Shown here: positions 1-9,786 of the stretch, one piece after another
Position numbering within the stretch: the first letter of the stretch is position 1
Layout: every line of letters begins with the position of its first letter
Notes under the pieces: model-generated
Databases searched by the model: none
What the model saw: only the letters and a program-made list of their open reading frames with translations
Told to the model about the DNA's origin: nothing
Made by a program: the position numbers and the translations under genes
NCBI GenBank assembly: GCA_038140435.1
Contig: JAYQGE010000017.1
Location: 8,481 to 72,480 of the forward strand
Reading direction: 5' to 3'
DNA from: Rhodospirillaceae bacterium
GTDB taxonomy: Bacteria > Pseudomonadota > Alphaproteobacteria > UBA6615
Length of the DNA stretch: 64,000 nt

Positions 1-348
1 CGCGAAGGCCGGACGCTGCACCACGATGTCCACGGTCATTTCGGTGCCGGACGCGTCGTTCTGCGCGCGGCACCCGCTGGTACCGGTATCATCGCCGGCG
101 GCCCGCTCCGTGCCGTGTTCGAATGCCTTGGTGTCCAGGACGTCGTTGCGAAGTCCATCGGCACCTCGAACCCGCACAACATGATCAAGGCCGCCTTCGA
201 GGCGCTGGAGAACATGATGTCGCCGCGCACCGTGGCCGCGCGCCGCGGGCTCAAGGTCGCGGACATCATCGGGCGTCGCGGCGTTCAGGATTCGGTCGGC
301 GGTGGCGAAGAGGCCGAGGCCGCAGAGGCGGAGGCGCAGAATGGCTGA
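1..348 (+). CDS. rpsE: 30S ribosomal protein S5, C-terminal part (5' end outside window)
   Basis: Frame 1 is open from nt 1. Listed ORF 115..348 reads ...[29 protein letters not shown]..., a typical S5 C-terminus. It sits directly upstream of rpmD-rplO-secY. Stop TGA 346-348. Confidence 0.9.
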   Translation, partial: REGRTLHHDVHGHFGAGRVVLRAAPAGTGIIAGGPLRAVFECLGVQDVVAKSIGTSNPHNMIKAAFEALENMMSPRTVAARRGLKVADIIGRRGVQDSVGGGEEAEAAEAEAQNG

Positions 349-535
349 GGCAAAGAAGACCCTGCGCGTGACCCAGCACGGCAGCCCCATCGGGCGCCGG
401 GCGGACCAGCGGCAGACGCTCATCGGCCTCGGGCTGAACAAGCGCCACCGCACGCGTGAACTGGAAGACACACCTGCCGTGCGCGGCATGATCGAGAAGG
501 TCAAGCATCTCGTTCGCGTCGAAGACGCCGGCTGA
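341..535 (+). CDS. rpmD: 50S ribosomal protein L30
   Basis: Within ORF 302..535. ATG at 341 gives 64 aa [34 protein letters not shown]..., which is L30-like. It overlaps the rpsE end by 8 nt. The Arg-rich upstream part of the ORF is judged non-coding. Confidence 0.9.
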   Translation: MAEAKKTLRVTQHGSPIGRRADQRQTLIGLGLNKRHRTRELEDTPAVRGMIEKVKHLVRVEDAG

Positions 536-547
536 CGGAAAAAGATC

Positions 548-1096
548 ATGAATATCAACGAACTGTCAGACAATCGGGGTGCCCGCCGCGCGCGCAAGCG
601 TGTCGGTCGCGGACCGGGTTCCGGCCTGGGCAAGACTGCCGGCCGCGGTATGAAGGGTCAGAAGTCCCGTTCGGGCGTCGCCATCAAGGGTTTCGAGGGC
701 GGCCAGATGCCGCTGTATCGCCGCCTGCCGAAGCGCGGCTTCACCCAGCCCAATCGCGCGCGCCTGGTGGAGCTCACCCTGGGCCGCCTGCAGGCTGCAA
801 TCGACGCCAAGAAGCTCGATGCGGCTGCTGCGATCACCGAGGATGCGCTGGTTGAAGCCGGCGTCGTGCGTCGCAAGCGCGACGGCGTGCGTCTCCTGGG
901 CAGCGGCGAATTGACGGCGAAGGTCGATCTCGAGGTAACGAGCGCGACCCGCGGCGCGGTCGCGGCGGTCGAGAAGGCCGGTGGATCGGTCAAGGTGTCG
1001 GTCGAGCCCAAGGAAAAGAAGCCGCGCGCGGTCAAGACCGTGCCCGCGTCCGCCGACACGGCGGACGAGTCGGCATCGGGTGACGACGACGCGTAA
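548..1096 (+). CDS. rplO: 50S ribosomal protein L15
   Basis: 182 aa with [24 protein letters not shown] and [17 protein letters not shown] motifs; conserved position before secY. Confidence 0.95.
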   Translation: MNINELSDNRGARRARKRVGRGPGSGLGKTAGRGMKGQKSRSGVAIKGFEGGQMPLYRRLPKRGFTQPNRARLVELTLGRLQAAIDAKKLDAAAAITEDALVEAGVVRRKRDGVRLLGSGELTAKVDLEVTSATRGAVAAVEKAGGSVKVSVEPKEKKPRAVKTVPASADTADESASGDDDA

Positions 1097-1169
1097 ACGG
1101 AACGTGTTTTGATCCTGGCGGGTTCTAGCCCATTTGGGTCGTAACGGAATGTTGCGGACGGAAAGATAG

Positions 1170-2513
1170 ATGGCGAGTACAGCCGAGCAGATCGCCTCCA
1201 ATCTGAATTTCGGCGCCTTCGCGAAGGCGACCGAGCTCAAGAAGCGCCTGTGGTTTACCCTGGGCGCTCTGATTGTCTATCGGCTGGGTACGTTCATCCC
1301 GATTCCGGGTATCGATCCGGCGATCATCGGCGACATCTTCACGCAGCAGTCGGGCGGCATTCTCGGCGTGTTCGACGCGTTCGCGGGCGGCGCCCTGTCG
1401 CGCATGAGCATTTTCGCGCTGAACGTGATTCCCTACATTTCCGCCGCGATCATCATGCAGCTGATGACGGCGATCTCGCCGAGCATCGAGCAGTTGAAAA
1501 AAGAGGGCGAGTCCGGCCGCAAGAAGATCAACCAGTACACCCGCTACCTCACGGTGGCGCTTGCGGTCATCCAGGCCTACGGACTGTCTGTCGGTCTCGA
1601 GAGCCTGTCGAGTTCGCAGGGCGCGGCGGTCGACAATCCGGGCCTCTTCTTCCGCACGAGCACGGTCATTACCATCGTCGGCGGCACGATGTTCCTGATG
1701 TGGCTGGGTGAGCAGATCACCGCGCGCGGCGTCGGCAACGGCATCTCGCTGATCATCTTCGCGGGCATCGTCGCGGCATTGCCCACGGCGCTGGCATCGA
1801 CACTCGAGCTCGGCCGCACGGGTGCGCTTTCGGCCCTGTTCATCATCGGCTTCCTGATCTTCGCGATCGCCGTGATCACCTTCATCGTCTTCGTCGAGCG
1901 GGCCCAGCGCCGGATCATCGTCCAGTATCCGAAGCGCCAGGTCGGCAACCGCATGTTTGGCGGAGAGTCCTCGCACATCCCGCTCAAGCTCAACACATCG
2001 GGTGTCATTCCGATCATCTTCGCGACGTCGATCTTGCTGACGCCGGTGTCGATCGCGGGCTTCTCAGGCGGAGGCGGAGGCGGAATCCTCAACACCATCA
2101 CCGCGGTGCTGGGGCGTGGCCAGCCGCTGTTCTTCCTGCTGTTCGCGGTGCTGATCATCTTTTTCGCCTTCTTCTACACGGCGATCGTCTTCAATCCGGA
2201 GGAGACGGCCGACAATCTGAAGAAGAATGGCGGTTTCGTTCCCGGCATCCGGCCGGGCAAGAACACGGCCGAGTTTTTCGACTATGTGCTGACCCGCCTG
2301 ACGGTGGTGGGCGCCGCCTATCTGACGCTCGTCGCGCTGCTGCCCGAGATACTGATATCCAGGTTCTCGGTGCCGTTCTTCTTCGGCGGTACGAGTCTGC
2401 TCATCGTCGTGGTGGTGTCGCTGGACACGGTTGCGCAGATCCAGAGCCATCTGCTGGCCCACCAGTATGAAGGACTGATCCGCAAGGCGAAGCTGAAGGG
2501 GCGCCGCGGCTAG
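1170..2513 (+). CDS. secY: preprotein translocase subunit SecY
   Basis: 447 aa polytopic membrane protein. Conserved position and typical SecY segments (LGTFIPIPGID, GGTMFLMWLGEQIT, GGFVPGIRPGKNT). Confidence 0.97.
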   Translation: MASTAEQIASNLNFGAFAKATELKKRLWFTLGALIVYRLGTFIPIPGIDPAIIGDIFTQQSGGILGVFDAFAGGALSRMSIFALNVIPYISAAIIMQLMTAISPSIEQLKKEGESGRKKINQYTRYLTVALAVIQAYGLSVGLESLSSSQGAAVDNPGLFFRTSTVITIVGGTMFLMWLGEQITARGVGNGISLIIFAGIVAALPTALASTLELGRTGALSALFIIGFLIFAIAVITFIVFVERAQRRIIVQYPKRQVGNRMFGGESSHIPLKLNTSGVIPIIFATSILLTPVSIAGFSGGGGGGILNTITAVLGRGQPLFFLLFAVLIIFFAFFYTAIVFNPEETADNLKKNGGFVPGIRPGKNTAEFFDYVLTRLTVVGAAYLTLVALLPEILISRFSVPFFFGGTSLLIVVVVSLDTVAQIQSHLLAHQYEGLIRKAKLKGRRG

Positions 2514-2533
2514 CGGCATTCGGGGCGAAGGAA

Positions 2534-3112
2534 ATGAACATCATTCTTCTCGGGCCGCCGGGGGCGGGCAAGGGTACGCAGGCCAAGGTCCTGGTGGACA
2601 ACCATGGTGTTGTCCAGTTGTCCACCGGGGACATGCTGCGCGCGGCCGTCGCATCGGGCAGCGAGTTGGGGCAGCAGGCCAAGGCCGTCATGGACGCCGG
2701 CAAGCTGATGCCCGACGAGATCATGGTGGAAATCATTTCGGCGCGGATCGCCGAGCCGGACTGCGCGAACGGGTTCATCCTGGACGGGTTCCCGCGCACC
2801 ACGGCGCAGGCCGACGCGTTGGACAAGATGTTGGAAGAAAAGGGACTTCCGCTCGATCATGTGATCGAGATCGCGGTCAACGATGCGGTTCTCATCGACC
2901 GGATCAATGCCCGTGTCGCGGAGACGCCGGAGGCCGAACGGCGCGACGACGACAACGCCGAGACGCTCAAGCATCGGCTCGACGTCTATCACGAACAAAC
3001 CGCTCCGATCCTCCCGTATTACGAGGCCCGGGGCATGTTGAAGAGGGTCGATGGGATGCAGTCCATCGACGAAGTGTCAAAACAGATCGGGGCGATCATT
3101 TCGGCGGGCTAA
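2534..3112 (+). CDS. adk: adenylate kinase (short-lid type)
   Basis: 192 aa with P-loop GPPGAGKGTQ, GFILDGFPRT, and a short lid without Cys4. Confidence 0.95.
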   Translation: MNIILLGPPGAGKGTQAKVLVDNHGVVQLSTGDMLRAAVASGSELGQQAKAVMDAGKLMPDEIMVEIISARIAEPDCANGFILDGFPRTTAQADALDKMLEEKGLPLDHVIEIAVNDAVLIDRINARVAETPEAERRDDDNAETLKHRLDVYHEQTAPILPYYEARGMLKRVDGMQSIDEVSKQIGAIISAG

Positions 3113-3116
3113 GCTG

Positions 3117-3144
3117 TTGACCCTATGGCGGAAATTCATATAAT
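3117..3144 (+). promoter_or_regulatory. candidate sigma70-type promoter for rpsM-rpsK-rpoA-rplQ
   Basis: TTGACC (3117-3122), a 16-nt spacer, then TATAAT (3139-3144). This is an AT-rich near-consensus pair in a GC-rich background, about 70 nt upstream of the rpsM GTG. Not experimentally supported. Confidence 0.45.
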
Positions 3145-3214
3145 CCCGCCGCTCGGGCAGCCTTACCAAATTTGGCCGTTTTGACCGCACCGCAACCATG
3201 AAGGAGTTCGGAGC

Positions 3215-3586
3215 GTGGCGCGTATTGCAGGTGTCAACATTCCAACGCAGAAGCGGGTTCCGATCGCGCTGACCTATATCCACGGGATCGGTCACGCGAA
3301 GGCGGAAGAGATTTGCGAAAAGTGCAACATCCCGCTGGAGCGTCGTGTGCACGAATTGACCGACGACGAGGTCATCCGGGTGCGCGAGATGATCGACCAG
3401 GGCTACCAGGTCGAGGGTGATCTGCGGCGCGAAGTCGCGATGAACATCAAGCGTTACATGGATCTGGGATCGTATCGCGGCGTGCGGCATCGCAAGGGCC
3501 TGCCGGTCAACGGGCAGCGCACCCACACCAACGCGCGGACCCGCAAGGGCAAGGCACGGCCGATCGCCGGCAAGAAAAAAGTCTAG
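3215..3586 (+). CDS. rpsM: 30S ribosomal protein S13
   Basis: 123 aa starting [13 protein letters not shown] start is preceded by AAGGAG 8 nt upstream. Confidence 0.95.
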   Translation: MARIAGVNIPTQKRVPIALTYIHGIGHAKAEEICEKCNIPLERRVHELTDDEVIRVREMIDQGYQVEGDLRREVAMNIKRYMDLGSYRGVRHRKGLPVNGQRTHTNARTRKGKARPIAGKKKV

Positions 3587-3610
3587 GGCGCAGGACAAGG
3601 TAGAGCAGGA

Positions 3611-4003
3611 ATGGCAAAGGCCGCGACAACGCGCGTCCGTCGACGCGAACGCAAGAACATCACCTCGGGCGTGGCGCATGTGAGCGCGACGTTCAACAAC
3701 ACGCACATCACCATTGCGGATGCGCAGGGCAACGCGATTGCCTGGTCGTCCGCGGGCTCGCAGGGCTTCAAGGGCTCGCGCAAATCGACGCCCTATGCCG
3801 CGCAGATGGCGGCGGAAGACGCCGGCCGGAAGGCGCAGGAGCACGGTATGAAGACCCTCGCCGTCGAGGTGAAGGGGCCGGGCTCCGGACGCGAATCCGC
3901 GCTGCGTGCGCTGCAGGCCGTTGGCTTCGAGATCACGGCCATTCGCGACGTGACTCCGATCCCGCACAACGGATGCCGGCCGCGCAAGCGTCGCCGCGTC
4001 TGA
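3611..4003 (+). CDS. rpsK: 30S ribosomal protein S11
   Basis: 130 aa with the typical S11 sequence ([30 protein letters not shown]...). Confidence 0.95.
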   Translation: MAKAATTRVRRRERKNITSGVAHVSATFNNTHITIADAQGNAIAWSSAGSQGFKGSRKSTPYAAQMAAEDAGRKAQEHGMKTLAVEVKGPGSGRESALRALQAVGFEITAIRDVTPIPHNGCRPRKRRRV

Positions 4004-4092
4004 TTTTCCGCCCGCAGGGGCGGCGTATTGAGACATTCCGTCGGCGAAAGCCGAACCCCGGCGCTGGTGCGCCGGCCAAGATTTGAGGACGA

Positions 4093-5118
4093 ATGCAGAT
4101 GCTGCAGAAGAATTGGACCGAATTGATCAAGCCGAACAAGCTCGACATCGCGGGCGGTTCCAATCCGTCGCGTCAGGCGACGGTCGTGGCCGAGCCTCTC
4201 GAGCGTGGCTTCGGGCTGACGCTGGGCAACGCCATGCGGCGCGTGCTCATGTCGTCGCTGCAGGGCGCGGCGGTGACGTCGATCCAGATCGAGGGTGTGC
4301 TCCACGAGTTCTCCTCGATCCCGGGCGTGCGCGAGGACGTCACGGACATCGTGCTCAACGTCAAGGGCATGGCGCTGCGCATGCACAGCGAGGGGCCCAA
4401 GCGTATGACGCTGACCGCGACCGGCCCGGGCGAAGTGACCGCAAGCCAGATCGACACGGGTCCCGACATCGAGATCATGGATCCGGACCACATCCTCATG
4501 ACCCTCGACCAGGGCGCGCGGATCGTCATGGAACTGACGGTCGAGTCCGGCAAGGGCTATGTCCCGGCCGCGCAGAACCGCGCCGCGGACGCGCCGATCG
4601 GCCTGATCCCCGTCGACGCGCTGTTCTCGCCCATCAAGAAGGTCTCCTACCATGTCGGCAACGCCCGCGTGGGCGAGCGGACCGACCTGGACAAGCTGAC
4701 GGTCGATATCGAGACCGATGGCGCGATCACGCCGGAAGACAGCATGGCGCTTGCTGCGCGCATCCTGCAGGACCAGCTCCAGCTCTTCGTGAACTTCGAG
4801 GAGCCGAAGGCGGCACAGCCGGTCGAGGAAGTCGACGACGAGCTCGAGTTCAACCGCAACCTTCTGCGCAAGGTCGACGAGCTTGAACTGTCGGTCCGTT
4901 CGGCCAACTGCCTGAAGAACGACAACATCGTTTACATCGGCGATCTGGTGCAGAAGACCGAGGCGGAGATGCTTCGCACGCCGAACTTCGGCCGCAAGTC
5001 GCTGAACGAGATCAAGGAAGTGCTCGCCCAGATGGGGTTGCACCTCGGCATGGAAATTCCGGCCTGGCCGCCGGAGAATATCGAAGATCTGGCGAAACGC
5101 CTCGAGGAGCCGTTCTAA
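4093..5118 (+). CDS. rpoA: DNA-directed RNA polymerase subunit alpha
   Basis: 341 aa with [11 protein letters not shown]-terminus and C-terminal domain [23 protein letters not shown]. The start could be the second ATG at 4099. Confidence 0.95.
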   Translation: MQMLQKNWTELIKPNKLDIAGGSNPSRQATVVAEPLERGFGLTLGNAMRRVLMSSLQGAAVTSIQIEGVLHEFSSIPGVREDVTDIVLNVKGMALRMHSEGPKRMTLTATGPGEVTASQIDTGPDIEIMDPDHILMTLDQGARIVMELTVESGKGYVPAAQNRAADAPIGLIPVDALFSPIKKVSYHVGNARVGERTDLDKLTVDIETDGAITPEDSMALAARILQDQLQLFVNFEEPKAAQPVEEVDDELEFNRNLLRKVDELELSVRSANCLKNDNIVYIGDLVQKTEAEMLRTPNFGRKSLNEIKEVLAQMGLHLGMEIPAWPPENIEDLAKRLEEPF

Positions 5119-5145
5119 CGGTCCCCGAAACCAGGAGTAGGTAAG

Positions 5146-5577
5146 ATGCGACACCGCAAGGGTCCGCGTAAGCTCAATCGGACGAGCAGTCACCGCAAGG
5201 CCATGTTCGCCAACATGGCGGCGGCGCTCATCAAGCACGAGCAGATTTCGACGACGCTTCCGAAGGCGAAGGAGCTGCGGCGTATCGTCGACCGCCTCGT
5301 GACCCTCGGCAAGCGAGGCGATCTTCATGCGCGCCGCCAGGCGATCTCGACGCTGCGCGACCGCGCGCTCGTCGACAAGCTGTTCTCGACCCTGGCCGAA
5401 CGCTATGCGGATCGTCCGGGCGGCTATACCCGCGTGCTGAAGGCCGGGTTCCGCTATGGCGATTCCGCGCCCATGGCGATCATCGAGCTGGTCGATCGTG
5501 ACGAAGACGCCAAGGGCCTCGATTCCGGGCCGGTGCAGTTCGCCGACGAGGAAGAGCTCCAGGAGGCCGTTGCCTGA
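5146..5577 (+). CDS. rplQ: 50S ribosomal protein L17
   Basis: 143 aa starting [24 protein letters not shown]. Confidence 0.95.
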   Translation: MRHRKGPRKLNRTSSHRKAMFANMAAALIKHEQISTTLPKAKELRRIVDRLVTLGKRGDLHARRQAISTLRDRALVDKLFSTLAERYADRPGGYTRVLKAGFRYGDSAPMAIIELVDRDEDAKGLDSGPVQFADEEELQEAVA

Positions 5578-5604
5578 GTTTCGTTCAGCAGATTGTGTAT
5601 CGCA

Positions 5605-5629
5605 GGGCCGCCCTCCGGGCGGCCTTTTG
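5605..5629 (+). terminator. rho-independent terminator after rplQ
   Basis: GC stem GGCCGCC(C) 5606-5613 pairs with (G)GGCGGCC 5617-5624 and is followed by TTTT 5625-5628. It lies 28 nt after the rplQ stop. Confidence 0.6.
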
Positions 5630-5675
5630 CGTCTGCGGCGGTGAAAGACGCCGCGAAGCAGGATAAAATCAGCCC

Positions 5676-7085
<1,410 letters not shown>

Positions 7086-7095
7086 ACGGCGCGTC

Positions 7096-8412
7096 ATGAG
7101 CAGCGCTGACACCCAGTCCGAGATGTTCGCCAGCCAGGCGCCGCGTCCGCTGGCCGATCGCCTGCGACCGGAGACCGTGGGCGATGTCGTCGGCCAGGAC
7201 CATCTGCTCGCGCCCGAGGGGCCGGTCGGGCGGATGGTGGCGGCCGGTCGGCTGGCGAGCATGGTTCTCTGGGGGCCGCCGGGCTGCGGCAAGACGACCA
7301 TTGCCCGGCTCCTCGCGCACGAGACCGACTTCACCTTCGAGCCGCTGTCGGCGGTGTTCTCGGGCGTTGCGGACCTGCGCAAGGTGTTCGAGCGGGCCCA
7401 GGCACGGCGTGCCGGCGGCCAGGGCACGTTGCTCTTCATCGACGAGATCCACCGGTTCAACCGGGCGCAGCAGGACGGATTCCTGCCCTATGTGGAGGAC
7501 GGCACCGTCACCCTGATCGGCGCGACCACAGAGAACCCGTCCTTCGAGATCAACGCGGCGCTCCTGTCGCGGTGCCAGGTCTTCGTCCTGAACAGGCTCG
7601 ACGAGCCCGCGCTGGAGGAGTTGCTCGCGCGCGCCGAGCGGCTCGAGGGGCGTGCGCTGCCGGTCGATGCGGATGCGCGCGGGGCGCTGAAGGCGATGGC
7701 GGACGGCGACGGGCGGTATCTCCTGAACCTCGCGGAGGAGCTTTTTGGACTGGGTGTGGATGCGGATCTCGACACCGCGCGGCTGATCGAGACGGTCCAG
7801 AAACGCGCACCCCTCTACGACAAGAGCCAGGAGGGCCACTACAACCTGATCAGTGCGCTGCACAAGTCGCTGCGGGGTTCGGACGTCGATGCGGCCCTCT
7901 ACTGGCTTGCGCGGATGCTTGCCGGCGGCGAGGACCCGCGGTTCGTGGCACGCAGGCTGGCGCGCGCGGCCGTCGAGGATATCGGGCTCGCGGATCCCCA
8001 GGCGCTGCCCCACGCGCTGGCGGCGTGGGAGGCATATGAACGGATCGGTTCGCCCGAGGGTGAGCTGGCGCTCGCGCAATGCGTCATCTACCTGGCGACG
8101 GCGCCGAAATCGAACGCGTCTTACAAGGCCTTCGGCGCGGCCATGCGCATGGCGAAGGACACCGGCTCGCTGGCGCCCCCCAAGCACATCTTGAACGCGC
8201 CGACCCGGCTGATGAAGGATCTGGGCTACGGCGACGGCTATGCCTATGACCATGATGCCGAGGAGGCGTTTTCCGGGCAGGATTACTTCCCCGACGGCAT
8301 CGATCGCGCGCGGTTCTACGAACCGGTCGAGCGCGGGTTCGAGCGGGAGATCGCGAAGCGCCTCGAATACTGGTCGAAACTGCGCGCCGAGCGCGGGAAC
8401 AACAGCCAATGA
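7096..8412 (+). CDS. rarA: replication-associated recombination protein A (AAA+ ATPase)
   Basis: 438 aa with Walker A GPPGCGKTT, LFIDEIHRFN, and the MgsA C-terminal region (YNLISALHKSLRGSD, YLA.APKSNA). Confidence 0.9.
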   Translation: MSSADTQSEMFASQAPRPLADRLRPETVGDVVGQDHLLAPEGPVGRMVAAGRLASMVLWGPPGCGKTTIARLLAHETDFTFEPLSAVFSGVADLRKVFERAQARRAGGQGTLLFIDEIHRFNRAQQDGFLPYVEDGTVTLIGATTENPSFEINAALLSRCQVFVLNRLDEPALEELLARAERLEGRALPVDADARGALKAMADGDGRYLLNLAEELFGLGVDADLDTARLIETVQKRAPLYDKSQEGHYNLISALHKSLRGSDVDAALYWLARMLAGGEDPRFVARRLARAAVEDIGLADPQALPHALAAWEAYERIGSPEGELALAQCVIYLATAPKSNASYKAFGAAMRMAKDTGSLAPPKHILNAPTRLMKDLGYGDGYAYDHDAEEAFSGQDYFPDGIDRARFYEPVERGFEREIAKRLEYWSKLRAERGNNSQ

Positions 8413-8789
8413 ACATGGTGCTCGCGATCGCCTTCGGCGGCGCTGTCGGCGCCCTGGGCCGGCATTTCGTGAATGTCGGCATGGTCGCATGGGTCGGCCA
8501 CGGGTTTCCGTGGGGAACGCTCGCGGTGAACATCCTCGGGTCCTTCGTCATGGGCGTGCTGGTGCATGTCATGGCCGTGAGCTGGTCCGTCTCACCCGAG
8601 CTGCGCGCGCTTCTGACGGTCGGCGGGCTCGGGGCCTTCACGACCTTCTCCACCTTCTCGCTCGATGCCGTCGCGCTCTACGAGCGCGGCCAGCTTGTGC
8701 TGGCGGCGGCCTATGTGCTGGCGTCGGTGATCGGTGCGCTCGGCGCGCTGGTGCTCGGGATACGGCTCGCGCGGCTGGTGATCGCATGA
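8409..8789 (+). CDS. crcB: fluoride ion channel CrcB/FluC
   Basis: 126 aa, four hydrophobic helices, GGAVGALGR and TFSTFS motifs. ATGA overlap with the rarA stop. Confidence 0.85.
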   Translation: MNMVLAIAFGGAVGALGRHFVNVGMVAWVGHGFPWGTLAVNILGSFVMGVLVHVMAVSWSVSPELRALLTVGGLGAFTTFSTFSLDAVALYERGQLVLAAAYVLASVIGALGALVLGIRLARLVIA

Positions 8790-9751
8790 GCGGTTCCGAC
8801 CAGGCGGTACGGCATGTGGCGGTCGAGGCCGCGGACGATGATGTGCGCCTTGACCGCTGGTTCAAGCGCCATTTCCCCGATGTGTCCTACGGGCAGGTGG
8901 CGAAATGGCTGCGCACCGGTCAGGTGCGCGTGGACGGCCGCCGCGCCAAGCCGGGTCAGCGGCTGAGCGCGGGCCAGGAAATCCGCCTGCCGCCGATGTC
9001 CGGCGCGCAGGATCAACTGCACGAAAACACGCGCCCGCCGGTGAGCGCCGACGACGCGGCCGCGCTGCGCGACGCCGTGATCTATCGCGACGATGTCCTG
9101 ATTGCCGTGAACAAGCCGGCGGGGCTCGCCGTGCAGGGCGGGTCGAAGACCCACCGGCATCTCGACGGTATGCTCGATGCCCTGAAGTTCGACGCGCCCG
9201 AGCGACCGCGCCTCGTCCACCGGCTCGACAAGGATACGAGCGGCCTGCTGCTCCTCGCGCGCGACCGCCCGACCGCGTCACGCCTGGCCGAGCTGTTCCA
9301 GGGACGCGACGTGGAGAAGACCTACTGGGCGCTCGTGGCCGGCATTCCCGAGCACGAGGCCGGCGTGATCGACATTCCGCTGGCGAAGCGCGGCGCAGAG
9401 GGCAAGCAGCGGGTCGTGTCGGTCGATGACGGGCAGGATGCGGAGACCGAGTACCGGATCATCGATCATGCCGCCCGGCGTATTGCCTGGCTCGAGCTGC
9501 GTCCGCGCACGGGGCGCACCCATCAGCTGCGCGCGCATTGCCGGGCGATGGGCACGCCCATCGTGGGTGACGGTAAGTATGGCGGTGCGGAAAGCGGCGT
9601 CGAGGGGCTTCCGCGGCGCCTGCATCTGCATGCGCGGAGCCTCACCCTGCCACATCCTGCCACCGGCGAACGCCTGACGCTCGAGGCGCCGCTGGATCAA
9701 ACACTGGTCAAAAGCTGGCGTTTCGTCGGCTTCGACCCGAGCATGACCTGA
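8786..9751 (+). CDS. RluA-family 23S rRNA pseudouridine synthase (RluC-like, with S4 domain)
   Basis: ATG at 8786 in the frame of ORF 8240..9751, giving 321 aa. S4-like RLDRW...GQVRVDG and the catalytic HRLDKDTSGLLL motif. ATGA overlap with the crcB stop. Confidence 0.85.
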   Translation: MSGSDQAVRHVAVEAADDDVRLDRWFKRHFPDVSYGQVAKWLRTGQVRVDGRRAKPGQRLSAGQEIRLPPMSGAQDQLHENTRPPVSADDAAALRDAVIYRDDVLIAVNKPAGLAVQGGSKTHRHLDGMLDALKFDAPERPRLVHRLDKDTSGLLLLARDRPTASRLAELFQGRDVEKTYWALVAGIPEHEAGVIDIPLAKRGAEGKQRVVSVDDGQDAETEYRIIDHAARRIAWLELRPRTGRTHQLRAHCRAMGTPIVGDGKYGGAESGVEGLPRRLHLHARSLTLPHPATGERLTLEAPLDQTLVKSWRFVGFDPSMT

Positions 9752-9786
9752 TACGGTCATAATTCGAGGGTATCCGGGGTTTTCCG

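Noticed and set aside
8300-8412. Possible fluoride riboswitch upstream of crcB.
   Set aside because: crcB overlaps the rarA coding sequence by 4 nt, so there is no leader. I could not recognise the crcB-motif pseudoknot consensus in the rarA 3' end by eye.
8240-8785. N-terminal extensions of listed ORFs: 8240..8785 (rluC-like), 12249..12701, 13310..13486, 54565..55443, 58631..59041, 60588..60761, 40943..41299 and 51654..51782.
   Set aside because: These extensions overlap the preceding genes in another frame and are Arg/Pro/Gly-rich. Each is followed by an internal start that yields a protein of the canonical family length and N-terminus.
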